Positions 1 to 13,844 are shown, numbered from the whole stretch's first letter. The stretch is DNA of 63,535 nt, filler included, from Nemertoderma westbladi (GCA_032718475.1; 4 parts of 4 records of this genome joined end to end with filler, not necessarily neighbours in it), one strand, 5' to 3'. The notes: a model not told the origin generated them from the letters alone. Made by a program: numbers and translations.

Positions 1-7
1 AGTACCT

Positions 8-3000
8 ATGTCTTATGAGTTTACAGGTGGCGACAAGCCAATGAACAAATACGACGAATTACAGCCTATAACTCAACCACCGTTAGTAGAACCACCAGAC
101 ATAGACGAGTTTAGGAGAACCTGTATTGACCACTATAGTGACTTTAGCGAGTCGGACGAGGAGTTGATTCCCGATAATGTTAGGTTGTCGGAACCACTTC
201 ACAATGACCGGACAGATAGTGAACCCGAGGACTACTGTTATCAGACCCGTGGGTCTGGTTCAGCGGCCCACGCTACCTATTTGACTGACGTTTTGACTTA
301 TACAGACATAGTGGAGGGTCAAGTGGCTAAATATCGAGACCTAGACATTTTCCAGTACAGTGAGGAGGAATTACAGAAGGAATTGATACGCCAGGACCTC
401 GAGGCAGGAGCCAGAACCGCCGAATGGCTGGATAGGGACGCAATGGAACCCGGTGGATATGACCTAGCCATGTCTACTGATGAGAAGCGGTCGTTGGAGA
501 TGATGGAAGATACCATACGTCTGCTACCGACTGGACATTTTGAAGTTGGAATGTTGTGGCGTCGACAACCACCTAAGTTGGAGAACAACTACAACTTAGC
601 CTTGAAAAGATTGAACGGAGTAAGGGCTCGGTTGTTGAAGAATCCGGACATTAGGGAGAAGTATTGCGCCCAGATCAACAACTATTTTGCCAAGGGATTT
701 GCTGGGAAGGTAGAGGATCCTGACTTAGTGACAGACCAGACTTATTACCTTCCACACCACTATGTGACTCACCCTGACAAGCCAGACAAAGTCCGAGTAG
801 TCAACGACTGCGCAGCAGTCTATAGAGGTATGTCCCTGAATTCAGAGTTGATGGATGGTCCCAACCTGAACAACTATTTGATTGGAATACTGTTGCGTTT
901 TAGACAGCGGCGATTCGCATTTACTTGTGACATCGAGGCGATGTTCCACCAGGTAAGAGCCTGTAAGGCAGACCAGGATAGCCTTCGCTTTCTCTGGTAC
1001 GAGAATGAAGACTTATCCGGCCCAGTGGTTACATACCAAATGTACGTTAGGATATTTGGCGCCCGCGATAGTCCAAATGGCACGCTGTTTGTTCTAAAGA
1101 AAACGGCAACAGCCCAGATTGGTAAGTACCCAGTAGAGGTTATCGAGTCCATCTTGAGAAACTTCTACATGGACGACGGATTGGTGTCCAAGGACACGGC
1201 GGAACAAGCCATAGAAGTGGCTCACGGCCTGCAAGAGTGCTTGGCTACAGGGGGATTTCCTCTGACCAAGTTCACTACTAATTCGGAGGCCCTATTAGAA
1301 TCGTTCCCGGTAAAAGATCGCGGGAGCGGAGACATAGAATTGGGGGTAGAACCAATCCCCATGGCGCGAGTACTGGGACTCGCTTGGAACCCGAACTCAG
1401 ACAAGTTCCAGGTAAGAGTTAGATTTGAGCCCAGTAGCCCAGACAAAGTTTTGACAAAGAGAATTTGCTTATCGACACTAAGTAGACTATTTGACCCGAT
1501 GAACTTTATCAGTCCGGTTATATTACAGGCACGAGCGTGCATGAGGAAAATTTGGTTGTCCGACGTAGAGTGGGACGAACCAATATCTCCTATACATGCA
1601 AAGCAGTGGAGGGAGTGGGAAGCCGAGTTGCATCTATTGAAAAATATAGATGTACCCCGTTCCTACTTTCCGAATCAGCTGGTATTTCCAGCTGATTTAG
1701 AACTGCATTTATTCAGTGACGCAAGTGACACCGGCTTTGGTATGGTAGCCTACCTTCGCCGAGAGGTAAGTCAGGACAAGTTTGAGACGGCCTTTGTGAC
1801 TTCTAGATCAAAGACAATGCCGGTCAAATACATGACTGTCCCTCGTGCAGAGTTACAGGCGGCTGTAGTTTCGGTCGAGGTAGCCTAAGTAAGCAAATAA
1901 CTGAGGAGTTAGACACGACATTGACCTTATTCTATTGGACGGACGCATCCTTGGTGTTAGTATACATTGCGGCCGACAATATTGCACTAAAGACATTTGT
2001 GGCCAATAGACGCGCTCAGATCGTTGATTTTTCGACGAAGGAACAATGGAGACATTGTCCGGGAGTGTTGAACCCGGCCGACATAACTTCGAGAGGTGCA
2101 ATGCCGGCGGAATTCTGTCAGGAAGAGTCGCAGGAGTTTTGGTTGCATGGACCTGATTTTCTAACGAGGACACAGGAACATTGGCCAGAGCGACTAAAGA
2201 TAGTGACCAATCCGATGCCTGAAGATGCAGAAGTCAAGGTGGAGAAAGTCTCTAAGTCGAAGTCTAAAGCCAAACTTAAGTCATTGGAGCGGCCTGAAGA
2301 GTCATTGGAGCGGCCTGAAGAGTCACTGGAGCGGCCTGGAGACCTGTCAGACCAACAGACTTACGTGACTACTAGGTCCGGAAGGGTAAGTTATGACATA
2401 AAACCACCCTTACAGACTAAACCGGAGTCACAATTGGTAAGTGACGGACAGAAAATGACCGACAAAATGGAGCCTTTGGTTTCCAAACCTGCGGGTTTGG
2501 ATTCGAAACTTCCATTAGTTAGCGGACAACCGTCGCTGGCATTAGAGTCATGCAGTGTTTATGACAAATTACTAAATTCGTCTGCCTCTTGGCTGACAAT
2601 TTGTAAAAGAACTGCGTGGTTAAGCCGATACGTTTCGTACCTTTGTTTAAAACATTCGAAACATTTGAGAGAACGAACGAGCACCAATAGTGAGCGAATT
2701 CGAAAATTGAAACAACCTCTGACAGAGGATGAGATTGATCAAGCGGAATTAAGGCATTTGAGACATTATCAAATGTGTGCCTTCCCTAAAGAATTCCATC
2801 TATTATCGGCTCAACGACCAGTTCTCTATAAACCCCTTAGAAAATGGAGTCCATTAATCCATAAGGGTTTGATTTGTCATAGATCGAGAATCCAGACTGT
2901 CGACATAAACTCACAGTTTAGGTTCCCAGTGATAATCCCTAGTCACCCAATAGAATTGCAAAGAGCGATTCTATGGGATATACACAAGAGGTTGCATCAC

Positions 3001-4146
3001 GCGGGAAGGTTACACTGTCTGTCGGCAGCGAGACAGCGATTCATTCTATTGCAGCCAAGCAGGGCAGTAGGCACAATGTATGACGCCTGTCTGGTTTGCA
3101 AGAGGGTGAACGCCAGAGTATTGGAACAGGAGATGGCTGAACTCCCGGAAGCGAGAGTGCAGGCATATGACCCACCCTTTACGAATACAGGGGTGGACTG
3201 TTTTGGTCCGATTGAGGCAAAGAGTGGACGGCTGACCCACAAACGATGGGGTCTGCTACTGACATGTATGGCGAGTAGAGCCATACATATCGAGCGTGTG
3301 GCAGACATGTCGACCAAATCTCTGCTCCTGGCCTTAAAGAGATTTATGGCCAGGAGAGGACTAGTAAAGGCGTTCTACTCTGACAAGGGTACAAACTTTG
3401 TCGGAGGGAATAGCGAGTTGAACGCGGCTCATAAAGCAGCACAGAATAAGGAAATTTCTGCAGCACTTTTGCCGCAAAGAGTAGAATGGAGATTTAATAC
3501 TCCAGAAAGTCCTTGGAGAGGAGGAAGTTGGGAGCGTTTGGTTCGCTCTGTGAAACAGGCCATTGCCAAAACATTGCCTGTAAACAAACAACTTACCGAC
3601 GACGAACTGGTTACAGCTTTCATTGAAATCGAGCATACCCTAAACTCGAGGCCGATAGCTATGTTGCCAGACGGTGTTGCATTAACGCCGAATCATTTGC
3701 TAATGCAGAGTCCAGCATTTCTTGTGCCGGCATCAGAACCCATTAGTGCCGACCTATATAGTCGTAAAAGCTGGAAAGTAACACAGTTAGTGGCGTACAC
3801 ATTCTGGGAATATTGGCGGGAATACTATCTTCCCACCATATCCACCAGAACAAAGTGGTACAAAACGGTTCGGAGTCTCCAAAGGGGAGATTACGTGTTG
3901 ATAACCGAACCCATTGTCAAGAGAAAGTATTGGGAGACAGGAGTGATCTTGCACACACACCCAGACGTGCAAAACATAGTGCGCACAGTCACTGTGAAAA
4001 TTAGGTGCAAGTGTCCACACCCAAAAAAGTGTAAAACTAATGGTTTACACACCTTGGACCGACCGGTCCAAGATATTGTGTTATTAGAGGAGACACGTAT
4101 CGAGACGGGAGATTATAGTTTGTCTCCTGCCTCAAAACAGAGTTAG
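8..4146 (+). pseudogene. BEL/Pao pol (RT, RNase H, integrase) broken by one frameshift near 1886-1890
   Basis: RT: YLPHHYV, KVRVVNDCAA, DIEAMFHQV, FYMDD. Pao RNase H: FSDASDTGFG, VPRAELQAA, YWTDA, NPADITSRG. Integrase: H-x3-H...C-x2-C, TGVDCFGP, SDKGTNF, GGSWERLV. ORF 8..1888 (frame 2, open to the window edge) continues in frame 1 as KQITEELDTTLTLFYWTD from 1891. Confidence 0.93.
2279..2340 (+). repeat. Three-copy 21-bp coding tandem repeat (SLERPEE) in the RNase H-integrase linker
   Basis: agtcattggagcggcctgaag x3, in frame. Confidence 0.85.
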
Positions 4147-4849
4147 TGTTGGACGCAACTCACTTCGTATGCATACCTCGTATGCAAATACAAGGAAATG
4201 CATAGGAGCGGGGTTGTGGTGATTTGCGTTGAGTTTTGTCTGGTGGGTATCAAAACAAAATTTTGTTTCAAAAATTTTTGGAAAATTAGAAAATTTTAAA
4301 AATTAGAAGTGAACCCAAGACAATTCCAGACGCTGTGTATAGACGCGTTTTAGAATTCGTCTATAGAAAACAGTAATTTGAAAAGTCGTGAAGCCTGGAA
4401 AATAGCATTTAGAAACCATGGTGACGGCTATATTACGTAGGAGTGTAAATTGAGTTTAGCAACTTCCACAGATTGGTGCCAACAGTGCAACTAAGGTGCT
4501 AAAGGTTAGTAGCACCAGAGGCGTACATGGACCCCACTCAGTAGTTTGCAGGATGTGTGATGTTCGATTATCAAACCTGTGGGTTTGGTATAGTCGAGTA
4601 TTGTGGCTATAGTCCTTTCTAACTACTGTAGTTTAGTACGAGTAATGGGAGTAGTTTGGGCATCAAAAAGTGAGTTGGTCACGGCCAGTTTATCTCCAAA
4701 GTTTTTGCGCTATGCATGGGAATAGGTTAGAGGATAGTTAGGAAGAGACGGGATCTAGAGAGTCGAACCTGAACTGCTGGAAGGCAGCTGGAAGGGGGGT
4801 TCGGGAAGTCTGTCCTTCGGCGACATCTAACTGATTACCCACAGTGTAA

Positions 4850-5878
4850 TTGGTTTGCGTAACGGAACACTTATTGGGATATATATGTGTATACGCGGGC
4901 ATAATGGAGAAGGATATTAGAGCGCAACCGCGCAGAGGATTTACTGCCAGAGAGGAGGCGGAGTTACCATTCGCGCGACCGGGATGTAAAGACTCGAACG
5001 TTTACTACCATGGGCGGTCGGTGATGGAGCTAAATGGGAAATACAAACCCACGATTCCCGACCGACTAGACGAGCAACATCCAGAACCGATATTAACGCG
5101 ATGTCCAGCTCACCAATTCCTTAGATATAACGAGGGAGGTTACCCGATGAGCAACCCGATGATCAGTATCGACTTCAGCGGAAAGCGACCTCCGAGACCC
5201 ATTACGCCAACCGTTACGACATTAGATCCGTATACGGAGATTAAACCCTGTTCGACACCCAGTTTGATAGAGACGGCAGCGGCCATTTCGCTGTACCGAG
5301 CCTATAAGGATCTAGAGGCGCGGCGCGAAGCGGTACGGGACTCGAGTTCCTGGACCACGTTCACTTCGCTTCACCAGGAGAGGAAGCTCACGCCTGAGTA
5401 TCCAGACGAGATTCGCGCCGTCCATCCGTCTACTAACTATATCCAAGATCCGCGGTTTATACGATATTTACTCCAAATTATTTCGGGAAGTTTCGACGAA
5501 CGCATTATTAAGCCCGAATATGTCCAATCCTTTATATATCATCGTCGCTCTGATATATACGTCTAGAATTATTACCCAGCGCACAATTGGCGGCCTAAGG
5601 AGACTCGTTTGGGGTCATTGACCTCTGAACGAGTGGAGGATCAGGACCGCCGCGCCCACAGCGACAACAGCCGGAGCTCACAGCTCGCGGCATGTACCAG
5701 AAGGAGGAGTCCTTGGCAAGCGTCAAGCCAAGGACGAGCAGTTCCACTCTATAAAGTTGAAGGAGGAGTTGGCGGAGGCGCCCACAGGGACACGGCAAAT
5801 GGGACGAGGCCGAGGGAGGAGCACCAGTCGGGAGATCGTCGGTGCCCAGGGAACGTCGTCGCCGGTTCCGGGAAGTGA
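4850..5878 (+). CDS. Extra ORF of unknown function downstream of pol (238 aa, continuing in the same frame after a single TAG)
   Basis: ORFs 4850..5566 and 5609..5878 share frame 2 and only TAG 5564-5566 separates them; GC-richer than the flanks; first ATG at 4903; no recognisable motif or TM helix. Confidence 0.45.
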
Positions 5879-6805
5879 CGCCTCAAGGACGCCGTCAACA
5901 GAGTCTACAGGGGGTAGACTGGTGTATCTGGGGAAGGGACAAACGAGAGGAGCAAGCCCGAGAGACCCAGGAGCTAGCCGATGAGACTATAATATCACGG
6001 AGCGACAAACTCTAGACATATACATCATCGTCGCTCTGATGTATATCATAGGTTTTGATCAATCATTCGACTGGACTCATATACACTAGTCGTATCCATG
6101 TTTTAGAGTTTTATTTTCGAAGGCCGAAAAATATTGAAAGGAAATACTTTTATTTTGTAGTCCGTTGGAAATATGATTTTGAGCCTATATTATATTTGAT
6201 TTTCTGTATATGACTTTATTTGCTCTAAAGTTTATTGAAAGAGGCAAAGGAAGTGATTGGGGAGACAAACCCGCGGGTTTGGCTTACTCCTGTCACTTAC
6301 CTGAGCAATCATCAAACCAAGGTGATTTGCGTTTTTTATAAGAAATTAAGTAAAGTCCGAAAATGAAAGAAATTATTACGTATTTTATATTTAATTTGAT
6401 TATCGGCCTTTAATGCAATTTAGTTAAAAATTTAGCCTCAAATACGTTTATATTTAGTTTATCTTGTTAATATTGCTTGTTAATTTGAGATGGGAAATGG
6501 GGGACATTGTCCTAGCCATGTTTCATTTCAATATGTAGATCGTCAATTTGTAAGTAAATAAAGGAAGTAATATTTTGTAATTTAATTTTGTATGTAGTAA
6601 TCATTATGTAGAACAAACGAGAAACAGTATTTTGTAATTTTAATTTGTATGTAAATTCATTATGCAATATCTATGGCAATATTTGTAAATAGTAGAATTA
6701 TTATGTTATTTAGATTGGTTGGAAGAAATTTATTTTGTTTTGTATACATCACCTTATACTCTTCTACAATTGGAGGGAAACATTGTATGATTTCCCTTGG
6801 AGCGG

Positions 6806-8869
6806 TGTTACGGTATATGGCGCTGTATCCATAATATTAGTCATCATGCAGTATGCAATATTAGTCCGTTATACTGTACACAATATTAGTCCGTTATACT
6901 GTACGTAATATTAGTCCGTTGTGCAGCATGATATTTTAGATAAGGCATAATAACGCAGTGGTATTTAGATAGGGAAATCGAAACACCCATATATTTGAAT
7001 CCATCCATTTTGTATAGTATGTAGCCCTACCTACGTAATTTTGTATTAGGTTATATGTAGATAGTTCCAGGGTAAGTTTATTCGGACCCTGGATTCCGTG
7101 CTTGCTGATATTAGCTTTAGTAGGGCTAGCATATAGGGACGCTGTCCTGGCCATTCAGCAGCCAGAGACGTGAACCATTACCATATATGGTAATAATTCG
7201 AGGAAGGGGAGCAAATAGGGCTACAATCCGGCCTCCTTATTGGACTAGCTGCTTCCAGGTTGGTCTAGTGCTAGCACGGACTGGAGAGCCAATAAGAAAG
7301 CGATTGAGTCACCCTATTGCATCACCCATCCGGATCACCTATAAATTGGCGGTGTGCCGGTAGAGCCTCACAACTCATCACATGACACCTAGCCCTAGCA
7401 CCTGTCTTGCTGTGTTTCTTGATTTGCTAATTTGATTAATTTCGTGAATGATTTGCTAGTGCGATTACTTGCTTGTGTTTCTCAATAATTCCTTCGATTA
7501 CTGCTAATTACAACTGAACTATGATTTCTACCTTTTGATTAATGGTTCTATGTGATTCTTTTCTGCGCAATAATCCTAAGGGATTCCTGAGACTGTCAGA
7601 CTTTGTGATTTGCATGCGCCGCTACGGTAGCTATTAGCATAATGGAGGGCTAAGGCGCCAGTGGGCGGTGGGCACATCGGGGGGTTAGCGACGAAGGGAG
7701 CGGAGGATTCAAAGGCGAGCAACGCTGGCGGGGGGTCACCGTTGCGGTCGGGCAATTTGCATTGTAGCGTGGGGGCAGCTCGCTGGTACAGTAATTAGGG
7801 GGCTGATGATCCAGGTTTTGTCTCTATTTAGTATTAGGGGGGCAGGAATTGGGTTAGTTAGGAAGCCTAGATGTACCCGGGAGAGGTCTGCGTGCTTTAC
7901 AATTGCGAATTGCATGTATTGCAGTATTGCGAATTATTATATTGTGCTGTGTAATTGCTAATTGCGTGCATTGCGGATTGTACAATTGTGAATCGCGCAT
8001 TGCGAGCTGTGATTGCTGACGCTGATTGGTGTGTTACTAAAGTGTGCCTAAGATTACGAATGCTTAGATAGGCGCTCTTTTCCCTTTGATTGATTTCTAT
8101 CTCTTAGTTTACTGTAAATAATTACTGATTAGGTCAAAGTAATACAGTATTTTAGGCTGTTACATATTTGTGACTGTAATTAATTAGTAAAATTAAGAAT
8201 TAGTACGCAGCATAGCGGAGAGTAGCTAAGGTAATAATTAGAGTACCGTAAACTATTCACGCTGAGCGGTTATTTGAATTAGCGGGCAATAAGCTAGATA
8301 GCAGTATTCAGTACGCAAAACGCATTAGTAATTTGCTGGCCTAAAGCCAGCCGCAGACAAGTTTAGTCCCACTATAGGTATTAGCCCTAATAAACACTGT
8401 ACCACTTTGATTATTTTAAATATTCTCGCATTCACACATTCCGTTAGGGAACCCCCAGTATTCGCGATTAGAAAAGACGTAGGCATTGGCGTACTTTAAC
8501 AGTAAGATTAGGCGTAAGAATATACTCTGAGTGTAAAACCTCTCACACTCGTTTTAAGTCAGCTTAGGGAGCCGATTCGGGTTTGTTGTTTTGGTTATTC
8601 CCGCGTGGCTCATATATTCGAACAGTTAGCTCTCTATCGAGTAATTGGTAGAGAAAGGAACAAGAAATTAGCAGGAGCCGTAGACTGGTAGAAAATTAGT
8701 AAAACATATTAGCGGACGGCAGGTTAGCGCCATCTAACGGTAAGTAGCGGTTTTGTATTTAGCAGCCCCTCACATTAGCAATAATACGCTCCTGATTGCC
8801 CTGTCTAATAAATAGAGCAGTTTGCAGTTTTGTGTCTTTATTGGTTAGGCCGGGGTAGTTTGTTTAACA
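6806..8869 (+). repeat. Putative 3' LTR of the BEL/Pao element (~2.06 kb)
   Basis: Starts TGTTACGG after a short purine run and ends TTTAACA at the minisatellite junction; TATA-like CCTATAAAT near 7340; AATAAA near 8807. The second LTR is not in the window, so this cannot be confirmed. Confidence 0.5.
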
Positions 8870-11800
8870 GGTACACTAGCGCAACTCCGTTCATTGTAGT
8901 GAGCGGCCCTCGATGACAGGTACACTAGCGCAACTCCGTTCATTGTAGTGAGCGGCCCTCGATGACAGGTACACTAGCGCAACTCCGTTCATTGTAGTGA
9001 GCGGCCCTCGATGACAGGTACACTAGCGCAACTCCGTGAGCGGCCCTCGATGACAGGTACACTAGCGCAACTCCGTTCATTGTAGTGAGCGGCCCTCGAT
9101 GACAGGTACACTAGCGCAACTCCGTTCATTGTAGTGAGCGGCCCTCGATGACAGGTACACTAGCGCAACTCCGTGAGCGGCCCTCGATGACAGGTACACT
9201 AGCGCAACTCCATTCATTGTAGTGAGCGGCCCTCGATGACAGGTACACTAGTGCAACTCCGTTCATTGTAGTGAGCGGCCCTCGATGACAGGTACACTAG
9301 CGCAACTCCGTTCATTGTAGTGAGCGGCCCTCGATGACAGGTACACTAGCGCAACTCCGTTCATTGTAGTGAGCGGCCCTCGATGACAGGTACACTAGCG
9401 CAACTCCATTCATTGTAGTGAGCGGCCCTTGATGACAGGTACACTAGCGCAACTCCGTTCATTGTAGTGAGCGGCCCTCGATGACAGGTACACTAGCGCA
9501 ACTCCGTTCATTGTAGTGAGCGGCCCTCGATGACAGGTACACTAGCGCAACTCCGTTCATTGTAGTGAGCGGCCCTCGATGACAGGTACACTAGCGCAAC
9601 TCCGTGAGCGGCCCTCGATGACAGGTACACTAGCGCAACTCCGTTCATTGTAGTGAGCGGCCCTCGATGACAGGTACACTAGCGCAACTCCGTTCATTGT
9701 AGTGAGCAGCCCTCGATGACAGGTACACTAGCGCAACTCCGTGAGCGGCCCTCGATGACAGGTACACTAGCGCAACTCCGTTCATTGTAGTGAGCGGCCC
9801 TCGATGACAGGTACACTAGCGCAACTCCGTTCATTGTAGTGAGCGGCCCTCGATGACAGGTACACTAGCGCAACTCCGTTCATTGTAGTGAGCGGCCCTC
9901 GATGACAGGTACACTAGCGCAACTCCGTTCATTGTAGTGAGCGGCCCTCGATGACAGGTACACTAGCGCAACTGCGTTCATTGTAGTGAGCGGCCCTCAA
10001 TGACAGGTACACTAGCGCAACTCCGTTCATTGTAGTGAGCGGCCCTCGATGACAGGTACACTAGCGCCACCCCGCTCATTGTAGTGAGCGGCCCTCGATG
10101 ACAGGTACACTAGTGCCACCCCGCTCATTGTAGTGAGCGGCCCTCGATGACAGGTACACTAGCGCAACTCTGTTCATTGTAGTGAGCGGCCCTCGATGAC
10201 AGGTACACTAGCGCAACTCCGTTCATTGTAGTGAGCGGCCCTCGATGACAGTTACACTAGCGCAACTCCGTTCATTGTAGTGAGCGGCCCTCGATGACAG
10301 GTACACTAGCGCCACCCCGCTCATTGTAGTGAGCGGCCCTCGATGACAGGTACACTAGCGCCACCCCGCTCATTGTAGTGAGCGGCCCTCGATGACAGGT
10401 ACACTAGCGCAACTCCGTTCATTGTAGTGAGCGGCCCTCGATGACAGGTACACTAGCGCAACTCCGTGAGCGGCCCTCGATGACAGGTACACTAGCGCAA
10501 CTCCGTGAGCGGCCCTCGATGACAGGTACACTAGCGCCACCCCGCTCATTGTAGTGAGCGGCCCTCGATGACAGGTACACTAGCGCCACCCCGCTCATTG
10601 TAGTGAGCGGCCCTCGATGACAGGTACACTAGCGCCACCCTGCTCATTGTAGTGACCGGCCCTCGATGACAGGTACACTAGCGCAACTCCGCTCATTGTA
10701 GTGAGCGGCCCTCGATGACAGGTACACTAGCGCAACTCCGTGAGCAGCCCTCGATGACAGGTACACTAGCGCCACCCCGCTCATTGTAGTGAGCGGCCCT
10801 CGATGACAGGTACACTAGCGCCACCCCGCTCATTGTAGTGAGCGGCCCTCGATGACAGGTACACTAGCGCAACTCCGTTCATTGTAGTGAGCGGCCCTCG
10901 ATGACAGGTACACTAGCGCAACTCCGTTCATTGTAGTGAGCGGCCCTCGATGACAGGTACACTAGCGCAACTCCGTTCATTGTAGTGAGCGGCCCTCGAT
11001 GACAGGTACACTAGTGCAACTCCGTTCATTGTAGTGAGCGGCCCTCGATGACAGGTACACTAGCGCAACTCCGTTCATTGTAGTGAGCGGCCCTCGATGA
11101 CAGGTACACTAGCGCCACCCCGCTCATTGTAGTGAGCGGCCCTCGATGACAGGTACACTAGCGCCACCCCGCTCATTGTAGTGAGCGGCCCTCGATGACA
11201 GGTACACTAGCGCAACTCCGTTCATTGTAGTGAGCGGCCCTCGATGACAGGTACACTAGCGCAACTCCGTTCATTGGAGTGAGCGGCCCTCGATGACAGG
11301 TACACTAGCGCAACTCCGTTCATTGTAGTGAGCGGCCCTCGATGACAGGTACACTAGCGCCACCCCGCTCATTGTAGTGAGCGGCCCTCGATGACAGGTA
11401 CACTAGCGCCACCCCGCTCATTGTAGTGAGCGGCCCTCGATGACAGGTACACTAGCGCAACTCTGCTCATCGTAGTGAGTGGCCCTTGATGACAGGTACA
11501 CTAGCGCAACTACGTGAGCGGCCCTCGATGACAGGTACACTAGCGCAACTCCGTGAGCGGCCCTCGATGACAGGTACACTAGCGCCACCCCGCTCATTGT
11601 AGTGAGCGGCCCTCGATGACAGGTACACTAGCGCCACCCCGCTCATTGTAGTGAGCGGCCCTCGATGACAGGTACACTAGCGCCACCCCGCTCATTGTAG
11701 TGAGCGGCCCTCGATGACAGGTACACTAGCGCAACTCCGCTCATTGTAGTGAGCGGCCCTCGATGACAGGTACACTAGCGCAACTCCGTGAGCGGCCCTC

Positions 11801-12654
11801 GATGACAGGTACACTAGCGCCACCCCGCTCATTGTAGTGAGCGGCCCTCGATGACAGGTACACTAGCGCCACCCCGCTCATTGTAGTGAGTGGCCCTCGA
11901 TGACAGGTACACTAGCGCAACTCCGTTCATTGTAGTGAGCGGCCCTCGATGACAGGTACACTAGCGCAACTCCGTGAGCGGCCCTCGATGACAGGTACAC
12001 TAGCGCAACTCCGTTCATTGTAGTGAGCGGCCCTCGATGACAGGTACACTAGCGCAACTCCGTTCATTGTAGTGAGCGGCCCTCGATGACAGGTACACTA
12101 GCGCAACTCCGTCATTGTAGTGAGCGGCCCTCGATGACAGGTACACTAGCGCAACTCCGTTCATTGTAGTGAGCGGCCCTCGATGACAGGTACACTAGCG
12201 CCACCCCGCTCATTGTAGTGAGCGGCCCTCGATGACAGGTACACTAGCGCAACTCCGTTCATTGTAGTGAGCGGCCCTCGATGACAGGTACACTAGCGCA
12301 ACTCCGTTCATTGTAGTGAGCGGCCCTCGATGACAGGTACACTAGCGCAACTCCGTTCATTGTAGTGAGCGGCCCTCGATGACAGGTACACTAGCGCAAC
12401 TCCGCTCATTGTAGTGAGCGGCCCTCGATGACAGGTACACTAGCGCAACTCCGTTCATTGTAGTGAGCGGCCCTCGATGACAGGTACACTAGCGCAACTC
12501 CGTTCATTGTAGTGAGCGGCCCTCGATGACAGGTACACTAGCGCAACTCCGCTCATTGTAGTGAGCGGCCCTCGATGACAGGTACACTAGCGCAACTCCG
12601 TTCATTGTAGTGAGCGGCCCTCGATGACAGGTACACTAGCGCAACTCCGTTCAT
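8867..12654. repeat. 49-bp minisatellite array (~78-80 units, with 38-bp deletion variants)
   Basis: Unit acaggtacactagcgcaactccgttcattgtagtgagcggccctcgatg; variants gccaccccgctc and actccgtgagc are interspersed. Confidence 0.98.
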
Positions 12655-13844
12655 TGTATCAGACCGGAAATTTTGCTTCATTATTGCATGGTTTATTAAG
12701 TAACAGGAAGAAGTCACAATATATGAAAATTGAGAGTGAAAGAACATATTTTATCAAATGCGCTAACATCATTAAAATGTAGAATAATTTCCTGTGTTAA
12801 TTTAGGGTGAAGCTTTGGCATATTTCATTCCCATTGACGCATTGCAATTTAATGAAAAAAAATAAAATTATATTACAAAGGAGCAATTTGTAAGAATAAA
12901 AAGTATGCTTTGTATTCTACAAATCTTAATTAGATTGCATACATTTGAAACAAAGAAGCTGGTTTGGCGCCGTAGTGGGTGAATCTTCCGCTCTTTTGAT
13001 AAGAGCTTTTTAAAAAATATCCTATCAATTACCAATAGTGCGGAAACTTGCACCAGTCGAGTCGCAGCTATTTTGTCGTCACCTTACTTCATTTTTTTTT
13101 TTAGTATCGAACAGGAAATAATTTGTCAGGATTACAAAACCTGGTAAAAATATCTGAATTTCGTTTAATATAGGTGAGATTATGAACGTTCGAATAGGGC
13201 GGCTTTTTCCATTGTACGAAACAATATATTAATTATATTTTGTTACATTATATCAACTTAATAGTGTTCAGGTGAAATACTCGTAACGCTGCAAAGTACT
13301 ACTTTGCAGCGTTGCGGCCTATAGGACGGAACACTGCAAAGTAATCAATGACATGGAAACAACTTCAATAACCGTATTCCAGAATGTATTATTTCTATTT
13401 ATATTATTGTGTGCTTATTTATTCAATAAAGCATCACGTGTTTGCATAATGCGTGCGTCCAGTTTGAAGTGACGGGACTAGCTGCTCTATGTAATAATAA
13501 TTATTCTTTAACGAGTAAGATTGTATTCCATACGTCCTATAGAAGACATTTTAGAGAAAATGAGCAAGTAAAATATGGCGACATTTGTTCAGTATAACTA
13601 AACTGACACAGACTGTGACTCTGTCGACGACTGATCAAAGATTTATCACATCCATGCAGAAGATAACAATAATAAACTTTAATTAGATATACAATATACA
13701 TGTTTAATTAATACTATGTACCAGACTGTACCTGTTAATAAATTTCACTTATTTTCTAAATAGTACAGGATTAAAATGTTTAAATTAGCATCCATAAAAT
13801 CCTTTCGTCACATACCAAACGCTGATAAGTTGACATAATGTAAC

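Larger units (their letters stand above)
1..8869 (+). mobile_element. BEL/Pao LTR retrotransposon, 3' portion (5' part lies outside the window)
   Basis: pol with RT, RNase H and integrase in BEL/Pao order and motifs, followed by an extra ORF, an AT-rich 3' region and a TG...CA-bounded putative LTR. Confidence 0.85.

Noticed and set aside
4850-5566. env gene
   Set aside because: No signal peptide, TM anchor or Cys-rich ectodomain is visible
8867-12654. CRISPR-like appearance of the arrays (also 20744, 23186, 30716 and 43327)
   Set aside because: Head-to-tail units without unique spacers, no cas genes, eukaryotic context
8867-12654. Hammerhead ribozyme in the satellite unit
   Set aside because: Has CGATGA rather than CTGANGA and no GAAA core on inspection
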